NCBI GenBank assembly: GCA_963589235.1
Contig: CAVAJX010000038.1
Coordinates: forward strand, 1-51,108
DNA: 51,108 nucleotides
From: a bacterium
GTDB taxonomy: Bacteria > Bacillota_I > Bacilli_A > RF39 > UBA660
Direction: 5' to 3'
Made by a program: the position numbers and the translations under genes. Below are positions 9,969 to 20,407 of the stretch, piece after piece. The notes beneath the pieces are model-generated. The model saw nothing but the letters and a program-made list of their open reading frames with translations, was not told the origin of the DNA and ran no database searches. Positions within the stretch are counted from its first letter, which is position 1. The number at the start of each line of letters is the position of its first letter.

Positions 9969-10958
9969 ATGAGAATTATTGATAAAAGAAGAGAATTAAA
10001 TAAGGCAATACGAGGAAGTAAAAATGTATTTTTAATGGCCCATAAGGACCTAGACCTAGATGCACTTGGAAGTTGCATTGGACTTAGTACTGTATTAGGT
10101 CAAAAAAAGAAAAATTGCTATATAATAATAGATGATAAAAACCATGAATTAGGTGTTGAAAAAGTATTAAGAGAACTAGAAGGTTGTATAAAAATAATTA
10201 AAAGTGAAGAAGTAGATAGATATTTATATCCAAAACTATCAAAAAATCTTTTAATTATATTAGATACAAATAAAACTGACTTAGTACAAAGTAAAGACAT
10301 ATTGAAAAAAATAGAAAAAAAGGTTATTATAGACCATCATGACACATCAAAAACAACTATAAAAGGTGCACTTACAATAATTGATAATGAAGTATCAAGT
10401 ACTTGTGAAATGATAACAGAACTAGTAGAGCATAATGATGTTGAATTAGAACCATATTACGCTACTGTTTTATTATCAGGAATCGTTTTAGATACCAATA
10501 ACTTCACATTAAAAACAACAGCAGAAACATACTACGCTGCATACTACCTATCAAGTTTAGGTGCCAGTGCTAAAAAAGTACAATATCTTTTAAAACAAGA
10601 TATAATGGAATACACCGAAAGACAAAAACTATTAGCTGATATTCAAACTATAAACAATAGAATAGCTTTTACAAAAGCTACACCATATACAATATATAGA
10701 AGAGAAGACTTAGCTAAAGTTGCCGATACATTACTATTCTTTAATAATATAGAAGCATCATTTGTCATTGGTAAAATTGGTAAAGATACCGTAGGAATTA
10801 GTGCCAGAAGCCTGGGTAATTACAACATAAGTAAAATATTAGAAAAACTAGGTGGTGGCGGTGATACATACAATGGAGCTGCTAGATTTGAAAAGACAAC
10901 TATAAGTAAAGTTGAGCAAATGTTGAAAAAAGAAATACAAGATCAGGAGGGTGAATAG
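9969..10958 (+). CDS. Stand-alone DHH/DHHA1 phosphoesterase in the gdpP position
   Basis: DLDALGS, IIDHHD and a glycine-rich DHHA1 motif (LGGGGD..NGAA). The start is set at the ATG at 9969, after the TAGGAGG RBS. Confidence 0.75.
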   Translation: MRIIDKRRELNKAIRGSKNVFLMAHKDLDLDALGSCIGLSTVLGQKKKNCYIIIDDKNHELGVEKVLRELEGCIKIIKSEEVDRYLYPKLSKNLLIILDTNKTDLVQSKDILKKIEKKVIIDHHDTSKTTIKGALTIIDNEVSSTCEMITELVEHNDVELEPYYATVLLSGIVLDTNNFTLKTTAETYYAAYYLSSLGASAKKVQYLLKQDIMEYTERQKLLADIQTINNRIAFTKATPYTIYRREDLAKVADTLLFFNNIEASFVIGKIGKDTVGISARSLGNYNISKILEKLGGGGDTYNGAARFEKTTISKVEQMLKKEIQDQEGE

Positions 10959-10959
10959 T

Positions 10960-11400
10960 ATGGAAGTAATTTTTATCAAAGATTTAAAAAATCAAGGTAA
11001 GAAAGGACAAATTAAAAACGTAAAAGATGGATATGCCCAAAACTTTCTTATCAAAAACGGTTATGCCGTAGCAAAAACTAAAGAAAACTTATCAAAGCTT
11101 GAACATGAAAAAGAGAAAAAAGCTGATGAAGATTTAAAAAACAAAAAATTAGCTGAAGAACTAAAAGCAAAACTTGATAAAGAAGTATTAGAATTCAAAG
11201 TAAAAACTGGTGAAAACGATAGAGTATTTGGAAGTATCAGTCAAAAACAAATAAAAGATAACCTACAAGAAAAAGGTTACAAAATAGAAAAGAGTCAAAT
11301 AGATAATAGTAATCAAATATCATCACTTGGCTTTCATAATGTAAACATAAATATATACGGAAATATTAAAGCAACAGTAAAAGTACATCTAGTAAAGTGA
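10960..11400 (+). CDS. rplI: 50S ribosomal protein L9
   Basis: [31 protein letters not shown] sequence. The start is set at the ATG at 10960, after the GGAGGGTG RBS. Confidence 0.95.
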   Translation: MEVIFIKDLKNQGKKGQIKNVKDGYAQNFLIKNGYAVAKTKENLSKLEHEKEKKADEDLKNKKLAEELKAKLDKEVLEFKVKTGENDRVFGSISQKQIKDNLQEKGYKIEKSQIDNSNQISSLGFHNVNINIYGNIKATVKVHLVK

Positions 11401-11411
11401 GGTGATGCCTA

Positions 11412-12761
11412 ATGGCTAACAAAATAATGCCAAATAACTTAGAAGCAGAAGAGTCAGTCTTAGGAGCATGTTTCTTATCAAAGTATGCCTTACAAAAAGC
11501 TACTGAAAGTCTACTACCAGAATCTTTCTATAGTGAAAAAAACGCAAAAATATTTACAGCTATGATGGACTTGGCAGAAGAAAAAACACCAATAGATTTA
11601 ACAACAATAACAAGCCATTTAAAAAAGAAAAATGAGCTTAATGAAGTTGGTGGAGTAGAATACTTAACAGAAATATTAAACTTTGTACCAACAGCAAGTA
11701 ACGTTGATTACTATATTCAAAACGTAGAAGAAACAGCTATTTTAAGAAGACTTATAGAAACAGCTAATGATATAGCAACAGAAGGATATAGAACAGATGA
11801 AACAGTAAATGAAATATTAGATAGTTCAGAAAAGAAAATACTAAGTATTGTTAAAAATAGAAAATCCAGTGAATTTAGAAGTATTAAAGATGTTTTATTA
11901 AAAACCCAGTCTGACTTGGAACGTTTATCAGAAAACAAGAGTGAAATTACTGGTTTAGCAACTGGTTGGTATGACTTAGATAAACTAACAACAGGACTAC
12001 ATCCAAATGAATTCATCATTATAGCAGCAAGACCAGCAATGGGAAAAACAGCTTTTGCACTTAATCTCGCAACACATGCCGCTATGACTCAAGACAAAAG
12101 CGTCGCTGTTTTTAACTTAGAAATGAGTGCTGAGCAATTGGCGATGCGTATTCTATCTTCCCTTGGTCAATTAGAAGGCTTCAAACTACGTACCGGTAAT
12201 TTAATGAATAATGACTGGAAAAGAATAAATGAAGCAGTATCACAATTATCCAATACAAACTTAGTAATTGATGATACACCAGGTATTACAATAGGTGAAA
12301 TTAGAGCTAAATGTCGTAGACTAGCAAGTAGTGAAAAAGGTTTAAGCCTAGTTATAATCGACTACTTACAACTAATTTCCGGTGGTAAAAACTATGGAGC
12401 AAATCGTCAACAAGAAGTATCAGATATTTCACGTAGTTTAAAAACACTTGCTATGGAATTAAATGTTCCAATAATAGCGTTATCACAGTTATCAAGAAGT
12501 GTAGAAGGAAGAGAAGATAAGAGACCATTAATGAGTGACTTAAGAGAATCAGGCTCAATCGAGCAAGATGCTGATATTGTAGCTTTCTTATATCGTGATG
12601 ACTATTACAATAAAGAAGCACGTACAGAAGATAATACAAGTATCAGTGAATTAATAATAGGAAAACATCGTAATGGACCAACCGCAACAATAGAATTACT
12701 ATTTAAAAAGAATACTTCGACATTCTTAAACTTAAAAAGAGAGAATAAGGAGGCCAACTAG
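11412..12761 (+). CDS. dnaB: Replicative DNA helicase (DnaB family; dnaC in B. subtilis nomenclature)
   Basis: PNNLEAEESVLGA N-terminus and Walker A (ARPAMGKTAFALN); 449 aa. Confidence 0.96.
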   Translation: MANKIMPNNLEAEESVLGACFLSKYALQKATESLLPESFYSEKNAKIFTAMMDLAEEKTPIDLTTITSHLKKKNELNEVGGVEYLTEILNFVPTASNVDYYIQNVEETAILRRLIETANDIATEGYRTDETVNEILDSSEKKILSIVKNRKSSEFRSIKDVLLKTQSDLERLSENKSEITGLATGWYDLDKLTTGLHPNEFIIIAARPAMGKTAFALNLATHAAMTQDKSVAVFNLEMSAEQLAMRILSSLGQLEGFKLRTGNLMNNDWKRINEAVSQLSNTNLVIDDTPGITIGEIRAKCRRLASSEKGLSLVIIDYLQLISGGKNYGANRQQEVSDISRSLKTLAMELNVPIIALSQLSRSVEGREDKRPLMSDLRESGSIEQDADIVAFLYRDDYYNKEARTEDNTSISELIIGKHRNGPTATIELLFKKNTSTFLNLKRENKEAN

Positions 12762-14281
12762 TGAAGAAAAATAAATTATCAATAATTTTATCAATAACAT
12801 TAGTACTAAGCCTTTTTCTAGTAACTGGTTTTACTCCTAAAAGACTAACGACTCATACCGTTTACCATGTATATTTAAAAGGTGAATCTTTAGGTATTAT
12901 AAAATCTAAACAAAGTCTTGAAGAGTACATCAATAAAAAGCAGTCAGAAGTAAAGAAAAAATATAATGTAGATAAAGTATATATTCCATCTGATTTGGAT
13001 ATTGTTAAAGAAATAACATATGATAATGATTTAACGTCAGTAGAAAAAATATATAATAAAATCAAAGATATTTCGCCATTTACTATTTCTGGTTATGCCA
13101 TTACTATAAAAGGATTAGATACAAAAGATGCTTCAACTGGTAAAAAAATAAAAGGTAAAAACCAAGTAATATACGTTCTAGATAAAGAAGTTTTTACAGA
13201 CGCTGTAGAAAATATTGTAAAATCATTTGTATCAGAAGAGGATTATGAAGCATTTGCAAATGATACACAAAAAGAAATAGATAAAACCGGCAAAATAATA
13301 GAGAAAATATATATTGAAAACACCATAACTATAAAACAAAAAAAAATACCTATAGATAAAGAAATATATCAAGATTCAAAAGAATTAAGTAAATACTTAT
13401 TATTTGGAACAACGTCAGAACAACAAAAATACATAGTTCAACCAGGAGATACGATAGAAGATGTAGCCTTCAACAATAAAATCTCAACAGAAGAATTTTT
13501 AATAGCGAACCCTAGTATCAGTAGTGCTAATAGTTTGTTATACTCAGGTCAGGAAGTAACTTTAGGTATTTTAAAACCACAGTTCAATGTTGTAGAATGG
13601 GATTATGTAGTTACAGAAGAAGAGAAAAAATTTACTACAGAAACGCGATACGATAATGATAAATACGTAGGATATACAGAAATTGCTCAAAAGGGAGTAA
13701 ATGGATTAAACAAAGTAAGTAATAAAGTACAAAAGGTTAATGGAGAAATTACTAGCTTGGTTAATGTAGAAACAGAAACTATAAAAGAACCTATAACTGA
13801 AATAATTATAAAAGGTGGTAAAAAGTCAAGCTATTATGGATATGGAGCTGTTCTTCCTACCAAAGGAGAATGGGGATGGCCTGCATCATGTTCATCAATT
13901 TCATCATCATTTGGATATAGATGGGGAACATTACATGATGGTACCGATATAGCGGGCTGTGGCTATGGATCAAATATATTTGCAGCACAATCAGGTACCG
14001 TTGTAGAGTCAAAAAAGAAGACAGGATCATATGCTGGTGGCTATGGTGACAATGGTGAATACATAACAATAGACCATCATAACGGATATTATACTCTATA
14101 CGCACATTTGTGCCCAGGATGTAGATATGTTAGTGTTGGTGATACAGTGACAAAAGGACAGGTCATTGGTGGCATGGGACAGACAGGAATGGCAACAGGA
14201 GTTCATTTACACTTCTCATTATGGCAAGGATATCCATATCGTTCTGGAAGTAGAGCTCTAAATGCTATGAACTATTATTAA
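12761..14281 (+). CDS. Secreted LysM + G5 + M23 (LytM) peptidase
   Basis: GTG start and a signal/TM helix. LysM (YIVQPGDTIEDVAFNNKIS), a G5-like repeat (..TEIAQKGVNGL..) and M23 motifs (HDGTDIA, HLHFSL). Confidence 0.85.
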   Translation: MKKNKLSIILSITLVLSLFLVTGFTPKRLTTHTVYHVYLKGESLGIIKSKQSLEEYINKKQSEVKKKYNVDKVYIPSDLDIVKEITYDNDLTSVEKIYNKIKDISPFTISGYAITIKGLDTKDASTGKKIKGKNQVIYVLDKEVFTDAVENIVKSFVSEEDYEAFANDTQKEIDKTGKIIEKIYIENTITIKQKKIPIDKEIYQDSKELSKYLLFGTTSEQQKYIVQPGDTIEDVAFNNKISTEEFLIANPSISSANSLLYSGQEVTLGILKPQFNVVEWDYVVTEEEKKFTTETRYDNDKYVGYTEIAQKGVNGLNKVSNKVQKVNGEITSLVNVETETIKEPITEIIIKGGKKSSYYGYGAVLPTKGEWGWPASCSSISSSFGYRWGTLHDGTDIAGCGYGSNIFAAQSGTVVESKKKTGSYAGGYGDNGEYITIDHHNGYYTLYAHLCPGCRYVSVGDTVTKGQVIGGMGQTGMATGVHLHFSLWQGYPYRSGSRALNAMNYY

Positions 14282-15036
14282 TGAAATTCAAAGTAATAGC
14301 GTCCGGATCTAAAGGAAACAGTACAATTGTATTTACTAATAATACAAAAATAGTAATTGATATGGGAATTTCCTATCTAACTCTAAAAAAGAGTTTAGAA
14401 GAGGATTCCCTTTCTTTAGATAATTTTACCGGAATTTTAATAACCCATTGCCACAAAGACCATATAAACGGTCTAGCGTCCCTAATTAAACATACAAGAT
14501 TAAAAGTATACATTCCAGAAAAAATGTATGATAGTCTAAAAGAAGTAGTAGAAAAAGACTCATGCGTATTTATAGATGATAATTTTTCTATTGGAGACTT
14601 AAATATAGAACTAATTCATACATCACATGATGCTCCAGCATCAGTAGGATACATAATTGAAAATAACAAAAAGACACTTGTCTATGTAACAGATACTGGC
14701 TATATAAATAGAAAATTCTTAGCCAGAATGACTGAAAAAGACTGTTATATAATAGAAAGTAATCATGATGAAAAAATGTTAATGGATGGACCTTATCCAA
14801 GATTTCTAAAAGAGAGAGTAATTAGTGATAAAGGCCATTTATCAAATACCACCACAGCTAAATACCTTCAAAAACTAATTGGAGAGAATACTAAAAATAT
14901 AGTACTAGCTCACTTAAGTGAAACAAATAACACCGAAGAGTTAGCTTTAACTACTGTAAAAGATGCTTTAAATAATGATAACTTAAATATTATTGTTGCT
15001 CATCAACATAATCCTAGTCCTATAATAGAGGTGTAA
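14281..15036 (+). CDS. MBL-fold metallo-hydrolase (YycJ/WalJ-like)
   Basis: THCHKDH metal motif; ~250 aa; lies upstream of rlmH, as yycJ does. Confidence 0.8.
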   Translation: MKFKVIASGSKGNSTIVFTNNTKIVIDMGISYLTLKKSLEEDSLSLDNFTGILITHCHKDHINGLASLIKHTRLKVYIPEKMYDSLKEVVEKDSCVFIDDNFSIGDLNIELIHTSHDAPASVGYIIENNKKTLVYVTDTGYINRKFLARMTEKDCYIIESNHDEKMLMDGPYPRFLKERVISDKGHLSNTTTAKYLQKLIGENTKNIVLAHLSETNNTEELALTTVKDALNNDNLNIIVAHQHNPSPIIEV

Positions 15037-15037
15037 T

Positions 15038-15493
15038 ATGATTAAAATAATTGCGATAGGTAGCATAAAAGAAAAATATTTAAAAGATGCCATTGCTGAA
15101 TACCAAAAAAGACTTCAAAAATATACAAGTCTTGAAATAGTAGAGTTAAAAGACGAAAGCTTTGATGATATAGACAAAACTCTTAACAAAGAAGCTGAAA
15201 AAATAAAGAAGCATATATCAGAAAAAGACTACATAATAACTTTAGAAATTGAAGGAAAACAACTAGACTCAATAGAGTTTTCTAAAAAGTTAGAAAATAT
15301 TCAATTAGAAACAAGTAATATTACCTTTATCATTGGTGGTAGTTATGGACTAAGTACTGAGATAAAAGAAATGTCTAATTATCATTTATCAATATCAAAA
15401 ATGACATTTCCACATCAACTATTCAGAGTAATATTATTAGAACAAATATATAGAGCATTTAAAATAAAAAATAACGAAAGTTATCATAAGTAG
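15038..15493 (+). CDS. rlmH: 23S rRNA (pseudouridine1915-N3)-methyltransferase RlmH
   Basis: SPOUT protein of ~150 aa with the ...FIIGGSYGLS....MTFPHQL.R..L.EQIYRA pattern. Confidence 0.9.
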   Translation: MIKIIAIGSIKEKYLKDAIAEYQKRLQKYTSLEIVELKDESFDDIDKTLNKEAEKIKKHISEKDYIITLEIEGKQLDSIEFSKKLENIQLETSNITFIIGGSYGLSTEIKEMSNYHLSISKMTFPHQLFRVILLEQIYRAFKIKNNESYHK

Positions 15494-15505
15494 GGGGAAT
15501 CATCT

Positions 15506-16168
15506 ATGATAGGAAACAATTGGGATAACATATTAAAAGAAGAATTTGAAAAAGATTACTTCAAAGAACTAATGAAATTTGTTAGCCAAGAATACAAAAA
15601 TAAAACTATCTATCCTAAACAGAGTGATGTCTTTAATGCCTTTCGTTATACAGATTTTGACAATGTAAAGGTTGTAATCCTTGGTCAAGATCCTTATCAT
15701 GGACCTAATCAAGCCGAAGGATTATCCTTTTCTGTAAGTAATGAAGTCTTAAAACCACCGTCATTGAAAAACATTTTTAAGGAACTAGAAAGTGATATAC
15801 AAATACCATTTCCAGAACATAACTCACTTAAATCTTGGGCAAAAGAGGGAGTTCTTCTATTGAATGCAGTCTTAACTGTAGAAGAACATAACCCGACTTC
15901 CCATAAAGATCATGGCTGGGAAACATTTACTGATGATATTATAAAAATAATTAATAATAAAAAAACACCAGTAGTGTTTATCTTATGGGGCTCATATGCT
16001 AGAAATAAAAAAAGTTTAATTACAAATCCAATACATTATGTAATTGAGTCTCCACATCCTTCGCCATTTTCAGCATATTCTGGATTCTTTGGTAGTAAAC
16101 CATTTTCTAAAACAAATAACTTTTTAAAAAGCAAAGGTTTAAAAGAAATAAACTGGCGCATAGAATAA
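15506..16168 (+). CDS. ung: Uracil-DNA glycosylase
   Basis: GQDPYHGPNQA.GLSFSV and ESPHPSP motifs. Confidence 0.96.
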   Translation: MIGNNWDNILKEEFEKDYFKELMKFVSQEYKNKTIYPKQSDVFNAFRYTDFDNVKVVILGQDPYHGPNQAEGLSFSVSNEVLKPPSLKNIFKELESDIQIPFPEHNSLKSWAKEGVLLLNAVLTVEEHNPTSHKDHGWETFTDDIIKIINNKKTPVVFILWGSYARNKKSLITNPIHYVIESPHPSPFSAYSGFFGSKPFSKTNNFLKSKGLKEINWRIE

Positions 16169-16196
16169 AAAAGGTACTTCAATTCGAAGTACTTTT
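16167..16196. terminator. Bidirectional terminator between ung and pta
   Basis: A-run, GTACTTC-aattc-GAAGTAC stem, then T-run. Confidence 0.8.
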
Positions 16197-17184
16197 ATTT
16201 TTGTGCTTGAACAGCCGTAATAGCAATAACTCCAAGTATATCGTCTACGCTACAACCACGAGATAAATCATTAACTGGAGCAGCCAAACCTTGACAAATA
16301 GGACCATACGCTTGAGCCTTAGCCAAACGTTGTACTAATTTATATCCAGAGTTACCTGCATCTAAGTCAGGAAAAATTAATACATCAGCCTTACCAGCAA
16401 CTAAACTTCCAGGAGCCTTACTTCTAGCAACCTCAGGTACAATTGCGGCATCAACTTGTAATTCACCATCCATATTATAATCAGGATATTTCTCATTTGC
16501 ATATTTTACAGCTCTAATAACCTTATCAACATCGGCATGTTTTGCACTACCTTTTGTTGAATGAGATATGAAAGCAACCCAAGGATCAGCTTTAGTAAGA
16601 AGTTTGAAACTATCAGCACTTTCTTTCGCGATACTAGCAAGTTCTACATCAGTAGGATTTTGTACTAATCCAGAATCAGCAAAAATAAATGTTCCATTCA
16701 AACCATAATCACAGTCAGGTACACACATTAAAAAGAAAGCAGATACCAAGTCAACTCCTTGCTTAGCTTTAATTATTTGCAAAGCCGGACGCAAAGTATC
16801 AGACGTAGGATGACATGCACCAGATACAACACCATCAGCTTTACCTAGTTTTACTAACATACAAGCAAAATACATATAGTCATTATGTAATAACTCAGCG
16901 GCCTCATCATAAGTTAATCCTTTATCTTTCCTTAAAAGATAAAGTTCATTAACCATATTTTCTGTATCAGGATAAGTACTTGGATTTATTACTTCTATCC
17001 TTTCGCTTCCCTCAATATTAAATTTTTTGATTTCCTCACTATCACCAATAACAACAATTCTAGCAAGTCCTTCATCAGTAGCACTAACAGCAGCCTTAAG
17101 TACTCTTTCATCCATAGACTCAGGTAATACTATAGTCTTAATATTATTTTTAGCTCTTTCTTTAATACTATCAATAAAATTCAT
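16195..17184 (-). CDS. pta: Phosphate acetyltransferase
   Basis: 329 aa with conserved SHSTKGS, DAGNSGYKL and PVNDLSRG motifs. Confidence 0.95.
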   Translation of the reverse strand: MNFIDSIKERAKNNIKTIVLPESMDERVLKAAVSATDEGLARIVVIGDSEEIKKFNIEGSERIEVINPSTYPDTENMVNELYLLRKDKGLTYDEAAELLHNDYMYFACMLVKLGKADGVVSGACHPTSDTLRPALQIIKAKQGVDLVSAFFLMCVPDCDYGLNGTFIFADSGLVQNPTDVELASIAKESADSFKLLTKADPWVAFISHSTKGSAKHADVDKVIRAVKYANEKYPDYNMDGELQVDAAIVPEVARSKAPGSLVAGKADVLIFPDLDAGNSGYKLVQRLAKAQAYGPICQGLAAPVNDLSRGCSVDDILGVIAITAVQAQK

Positions 17185-17195
17185 ATATCATCCTT

Positions 17196-17729
17196 CTATC
17201 TATCTTTTAATATTTCAAACATTTCTCTTTTTTCATCAGAGTAAAAACTTTTTTTCTTATATCTTCTAAAGAAACCAACAATATTAGAAGGAAAAGAAAC
17301 AACTAAACTATTAAAAACTATTACCGCGTCATTATAAAACTTAACAGCTCCAGAAAGCTCAATTTCATTTTTCTTTAACTCTTCCAAAATACTATTTAAA
17401 GAATCACTTTTAAGTAATTTTTCATTTTCATCTATAGTTTTTAATAAATCATTATAATTTTTTCTTAATAAATCATTAAATTCAAAATGATTAAGAGCGT
17501 CAGGATTTATATTTAAAACCTCAGGTAAAAACTCTTCTATTTTTAATTCTTTAATAATAATAGGACAAGTTCTTTCTAATAAATCTTTTTTAGTATGTAA
17601 CAAAGCATCTATATTATTTTCAGCTTCTTCTATTTTAATAATCGCAAACTGAAACTTATTATTAAGTATACTAATAAAAATCAGAATAAGAGCTAATCCC
17701 ACAACAACACCAAGAATTATTTCTAACAT
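17196..17729 (-). CDS. lemA: LemA-family membrane protein
   Basis: N-terminal TM helix plus the LemA pattern (..FYNDAV..FN......FPSN.V). The start is set at the ATG at 17727-17729, after AGAGGTGG. The longer track ORF reads through the repeat element. Confidence 0.85.
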   Translation of the reverse strand: MLEIILGVVVGLALILIFISILNNKFQFAIIKIEEAENNIDALLHTKKDLLERTCPIIIKELKIEEFLPEVLNINPDALNHFEFNDLLRKNYNDLLKTIDENEKLLKSDSLNSILEELKKNEIELSGAVKFYNDAVIVFNSLVVSFPSNIVGFFRRYKKKSFYSDEKREMFEILKDR

Positions 17730-17764
17730 AAAACCACCTCTAATTATTACAATTATATCAAAAT

Positions 17765-18150
17765 AATGTTTTATAAACAACTTCCTAAAAGAACAAAGGA
17801 CAAATTTTAATTTATAAATTTCAATTTGTCGTTTTTGTTTGGTCGTCACCGATCAAATTTCCTACCTCACAGATAGAGTAATCTCTATTCGCCATAATGG
17901 CTTAAATTCCGACAGTCGCTGCCGTACTAATTCTTTTATTTATAATTTTTTAATTGTTTTGACAAATTATTTATATTACTAGTATTTTTAGTATAACTCA
18001 AATAGGATGTAGTTTGAACTTATCAGCTTTATACATAAAATAACACCTCCATAATCTTATCTTATTATATTACGATGCAAACGTTTGTTTGTCAACGGGT
18101 GAGATTATAAAATTTAAAAAAGTAGAAAGAAAATTCCTTATAAATAAAAA
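17765..18150 (-). mobile_element. Copy A of a miniature IS200/IS605-type (tnpB-deleted) element
   Basis: About 95% identical by eye to 28485-28875 in inverted orientation. Contains a promoter (TTGACA 18090-18095 on -, 17-nt spacer, TAATAT), a micro-ORF at 17998-18036 (-) reading MYKADKFKLHPI*, and a subterminal hairpin at 17799-17830. Confidence 0.6.
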
Positions 18151-18171
18151 AAGTCAATAATATGACCTTTT

Positions 18172-18414
18172 TTACATACCTAAAAGTTGTGATAAACTTA
18201 ACAATAATCCTAGAAGTAAAAAGAAAAATGTAATACCTAAACCAACAAGAGCACCAGATTTAGCAAATTGTGCATGATACTCTTTATTCTTTTTATCTAG
18301 GAAAAAGTAATATAGTGCAATACCTGCTGGAAAGAAGAATATTCCACATATCAATAATAATATACGATCTTCAACATCAATTTTTCCAGCATAAACATCT
18401 TTTTCTTTTTCCAT
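18172..18414 (-). CDS. Small two-TM membrane protein, function unknown
   Basis: 80 aa with two hydrophobic helices; RBS GGAGGAG upstream of the ATG; terminator hairpin downstream. Confidence 0.5.
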   Translation of the reverse strand: MEKEKDVYAGKIDVEDRILLLICGIFFFPAGIALYYFFLDKKNKEYHAQFAKSGALVGLGITFFFLLLGLLLSLSQLLGM

Positions 18415-18448
18415 ATGATACTCCTCCTATGATAATTATAACACGAAT

Positions 18449-20407
18449 TTAGGAAGCCGTATAGTTATTATTTTTTTCATCAAAAGTTTGGTCAGTACTA
18501 CTAGGCTCCGTACCCTTTACAAAGTACATCATCTTCTTTTTTGGACTAGAATCAGTTGCTGGCTTACCAGAAATTGGATCAACTAATACCGCCGATATAT
18601 TATCTGGCATTTCATACCAAGCATCTTCCTTACCAAGTTCATATGCTTCAATTGACTTATACCATATATCTCTAGCGTACTTATAGTCAGACTTATCAAT
18701 ATTTCTATTGTCATCATAACCAGCCCAAACAGCCGTAACTACATCATTATTAAAACCAATATACCAAGTATCAGTATTAGTAGTACCAGACTTAATTCCA
18801 TATTTATGTGTTAACTTAGAAGCTAAATTTATTGCGGTAGGATAATTATAATCAATATAATCTTTATCATAAGTAGCTGTTAATAAATTATTAAGAATAA
18901 AAACCAAACTAGAATTTAAGACTAATTCCTTTTTATCATTAGCTTTATATAATACTTTACCAGATGCATCAACAACTTTTTCAATCAAATGACCTTTAAC
19001 TTTGTATCCCAGATTAGCAAAAGCAGAGTAGCCAGAGGCCATTTCAACAATACTAATTTCATTAGTACCTAAAGGTAAAGAAGGAACACTTTCAAGTTTA
19101 GAAGTAATACCAACTCTTCTAGCAACATTAATAAGGGCATCTTCTCCAAGAAAAAGATGAGTTTTAACAGCATAAATATTTTCTGAGTAAGCAATAGCAG
19201 TACCCATGGAAATAGGCTTATTACCATATACATTATTATAATTACTTGGTGAATATGGCTCTTGATTACTAAAAGTAAAAGTCGTTTTTTCACTAGTAAA
19301 AGCCGAACTAGATGTAAAACCATTCTCTAAAGCAGCATAATATAAATAAGGTTTCATAGTAGAGCCAACTTGTCTTTTTGAAGATATAACCCGATTATAA
19401 GAAGATTTATTATAATTTTTACCACCAAGCAACGCTATTATTGCGCCATTATTAGGATTCATCATTACTGCTGAAGCTTCAATTTCTGAAGTATCAGGAA
19501 TACTTTCTTTAACATTTTTTTCAAGTATACGTTGAGCATTTAAATCTAAATTAGTATATATTTTTAAACCTTTACTATCACTATAAGATAAAGGAATAGA
19601 GTCAATATTTTTTAACTCTTCCAAAACAGCGTCCTGATAATACATTACACTAGTCAATTCTTCAGAATCATCCGCACCAGAAAACTTAAGTTCTTCACTA
19701 TAAGCTTTATTTTTCTCTTCCTCACTAATAACATTATTTTTAACAAGTAACTCCAATATAGTTAATTGTCTTTCTTTCGCAAGATCAAAATTAATTATTG
19801 GCGAATAATTAGCTGGAGACTTAGGAATACCTGTTAAAATACTTGCCTCGGCCAAGTCTAAATCTTTTGCCGACTTATTAAAATAAAACTTACTAGCATT
19901 TTCAATACCATACATACCATGTCCATAATTAATAGTATTTAAATATCCTTCTAGTATTTCATCTTTAGAATAGTTAGCCTCTATTTTCATCGTATACCAC
20001 ATTTCATCCCATTTTCTTTTCCAAGTCTTATCAAAATCCAAGAAAAGATTTTTAGCATATTGTTGTGTAATAGTAGAAGCACCCTGCATAGTCTTTCCAG
20101 ATGTTATATTTATATAGCTAGCTTTCAATATTCTTAAAATATCAAATCCAAAATGTTTATAAAAATTCTTATCCTCAGTATAAATAGTAGACTTAATAAC
20201 ATTATCAGATATTTCATCTAAACTAACCCAGGCTTTTGACTCATTACCTTGAAAAAACACTGTATCTGTAGAGTCATACAATGTTATATTATTAGCACTA
20301 TATATCTCAGGCTTAGGAGAGGTTTTAATATAAACAAATATTCCGACACATAATAAAACTAGGAGTATCATCCCGTACTTAAAAATTTTAAAAAAAGTCT
20401 TTTTCAA
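18449..20407 (-). CDS. Class A penicillin-binding protein (glycosyltransferase + transpeptidase)
   Basis: GT51 motifs (EDKNFYKHFGFD, GASTITQQYAKN), transpeptidase SxxK (GSTMKP) and KSGTT; N-terminal TM helix. Confidence 0.92.
   Translation of the reverse strand: MKKTFFKIFKYGMILLVLLCVGIFVYIKTSPKPEIYSANNITLYDSTDTVFFQGNESKAWVSLDEISDNVIKSTIYTEDKNFYKHFGFDILRILKASYINITSGKTMQGASTITQQYAKNLFLDFDKTWKRKWDEMWYTMKIEANYSKDEILEGYLNTINYGHGMYGIENASKFYFNKSAKDLDLAEASILTGIPKSPANYSPIINFDLAKERQLTILELLVKNNVISEEEKNKAYSEELKFSGADDSEELTSVMYYQDAVLEELKNIDSIPLSYSDSKGLKIYTNLDLNAQRILEKNVKESIPDTSEIEASAVMMNPNNGAIIALLGGKNYNKSSYNRVISSKRQVGSTMKPYLYYAALENGFTSSSAFTSEKTTFTFSNQEPYSPSNYNNVYGNKPISMGTAIAYSENIYAVKTHLFLGEDALINVARRVGITSKLESVPSLPLGTNEISIVEMASGYSAFANLGYKVKGHLIEKVVDASGKVLYKANDKKELVLNSSLVFILNNLLTATYDKDYIDYNYPTAINLASKLTHKYGIKSGTTNTDTWYIGFNNDVVTAVWAGYDDNRNIDKSDYKYARDIWYKSIEAYELGKEDAWYEMPDNISAVLVDPISGKPATDSSPKKKMMYFVKGTEPSSTDQTFDEKNNNYTAS

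Noticed and set aside
17730-17849. A conserved N-terminal 'domain' (MTTK[Q]KRQIEIYKLKF.LCSF) shared by the track ORFs 17196-17849 (-) and 28785-29594 (+).
   Set aside because: It is a translation through the repeat element's terminal hairpin and T-tract. Both genes have proper RBS-ATG starts further in (17729 and 28851), and the two proteins are otherwise unrelated.
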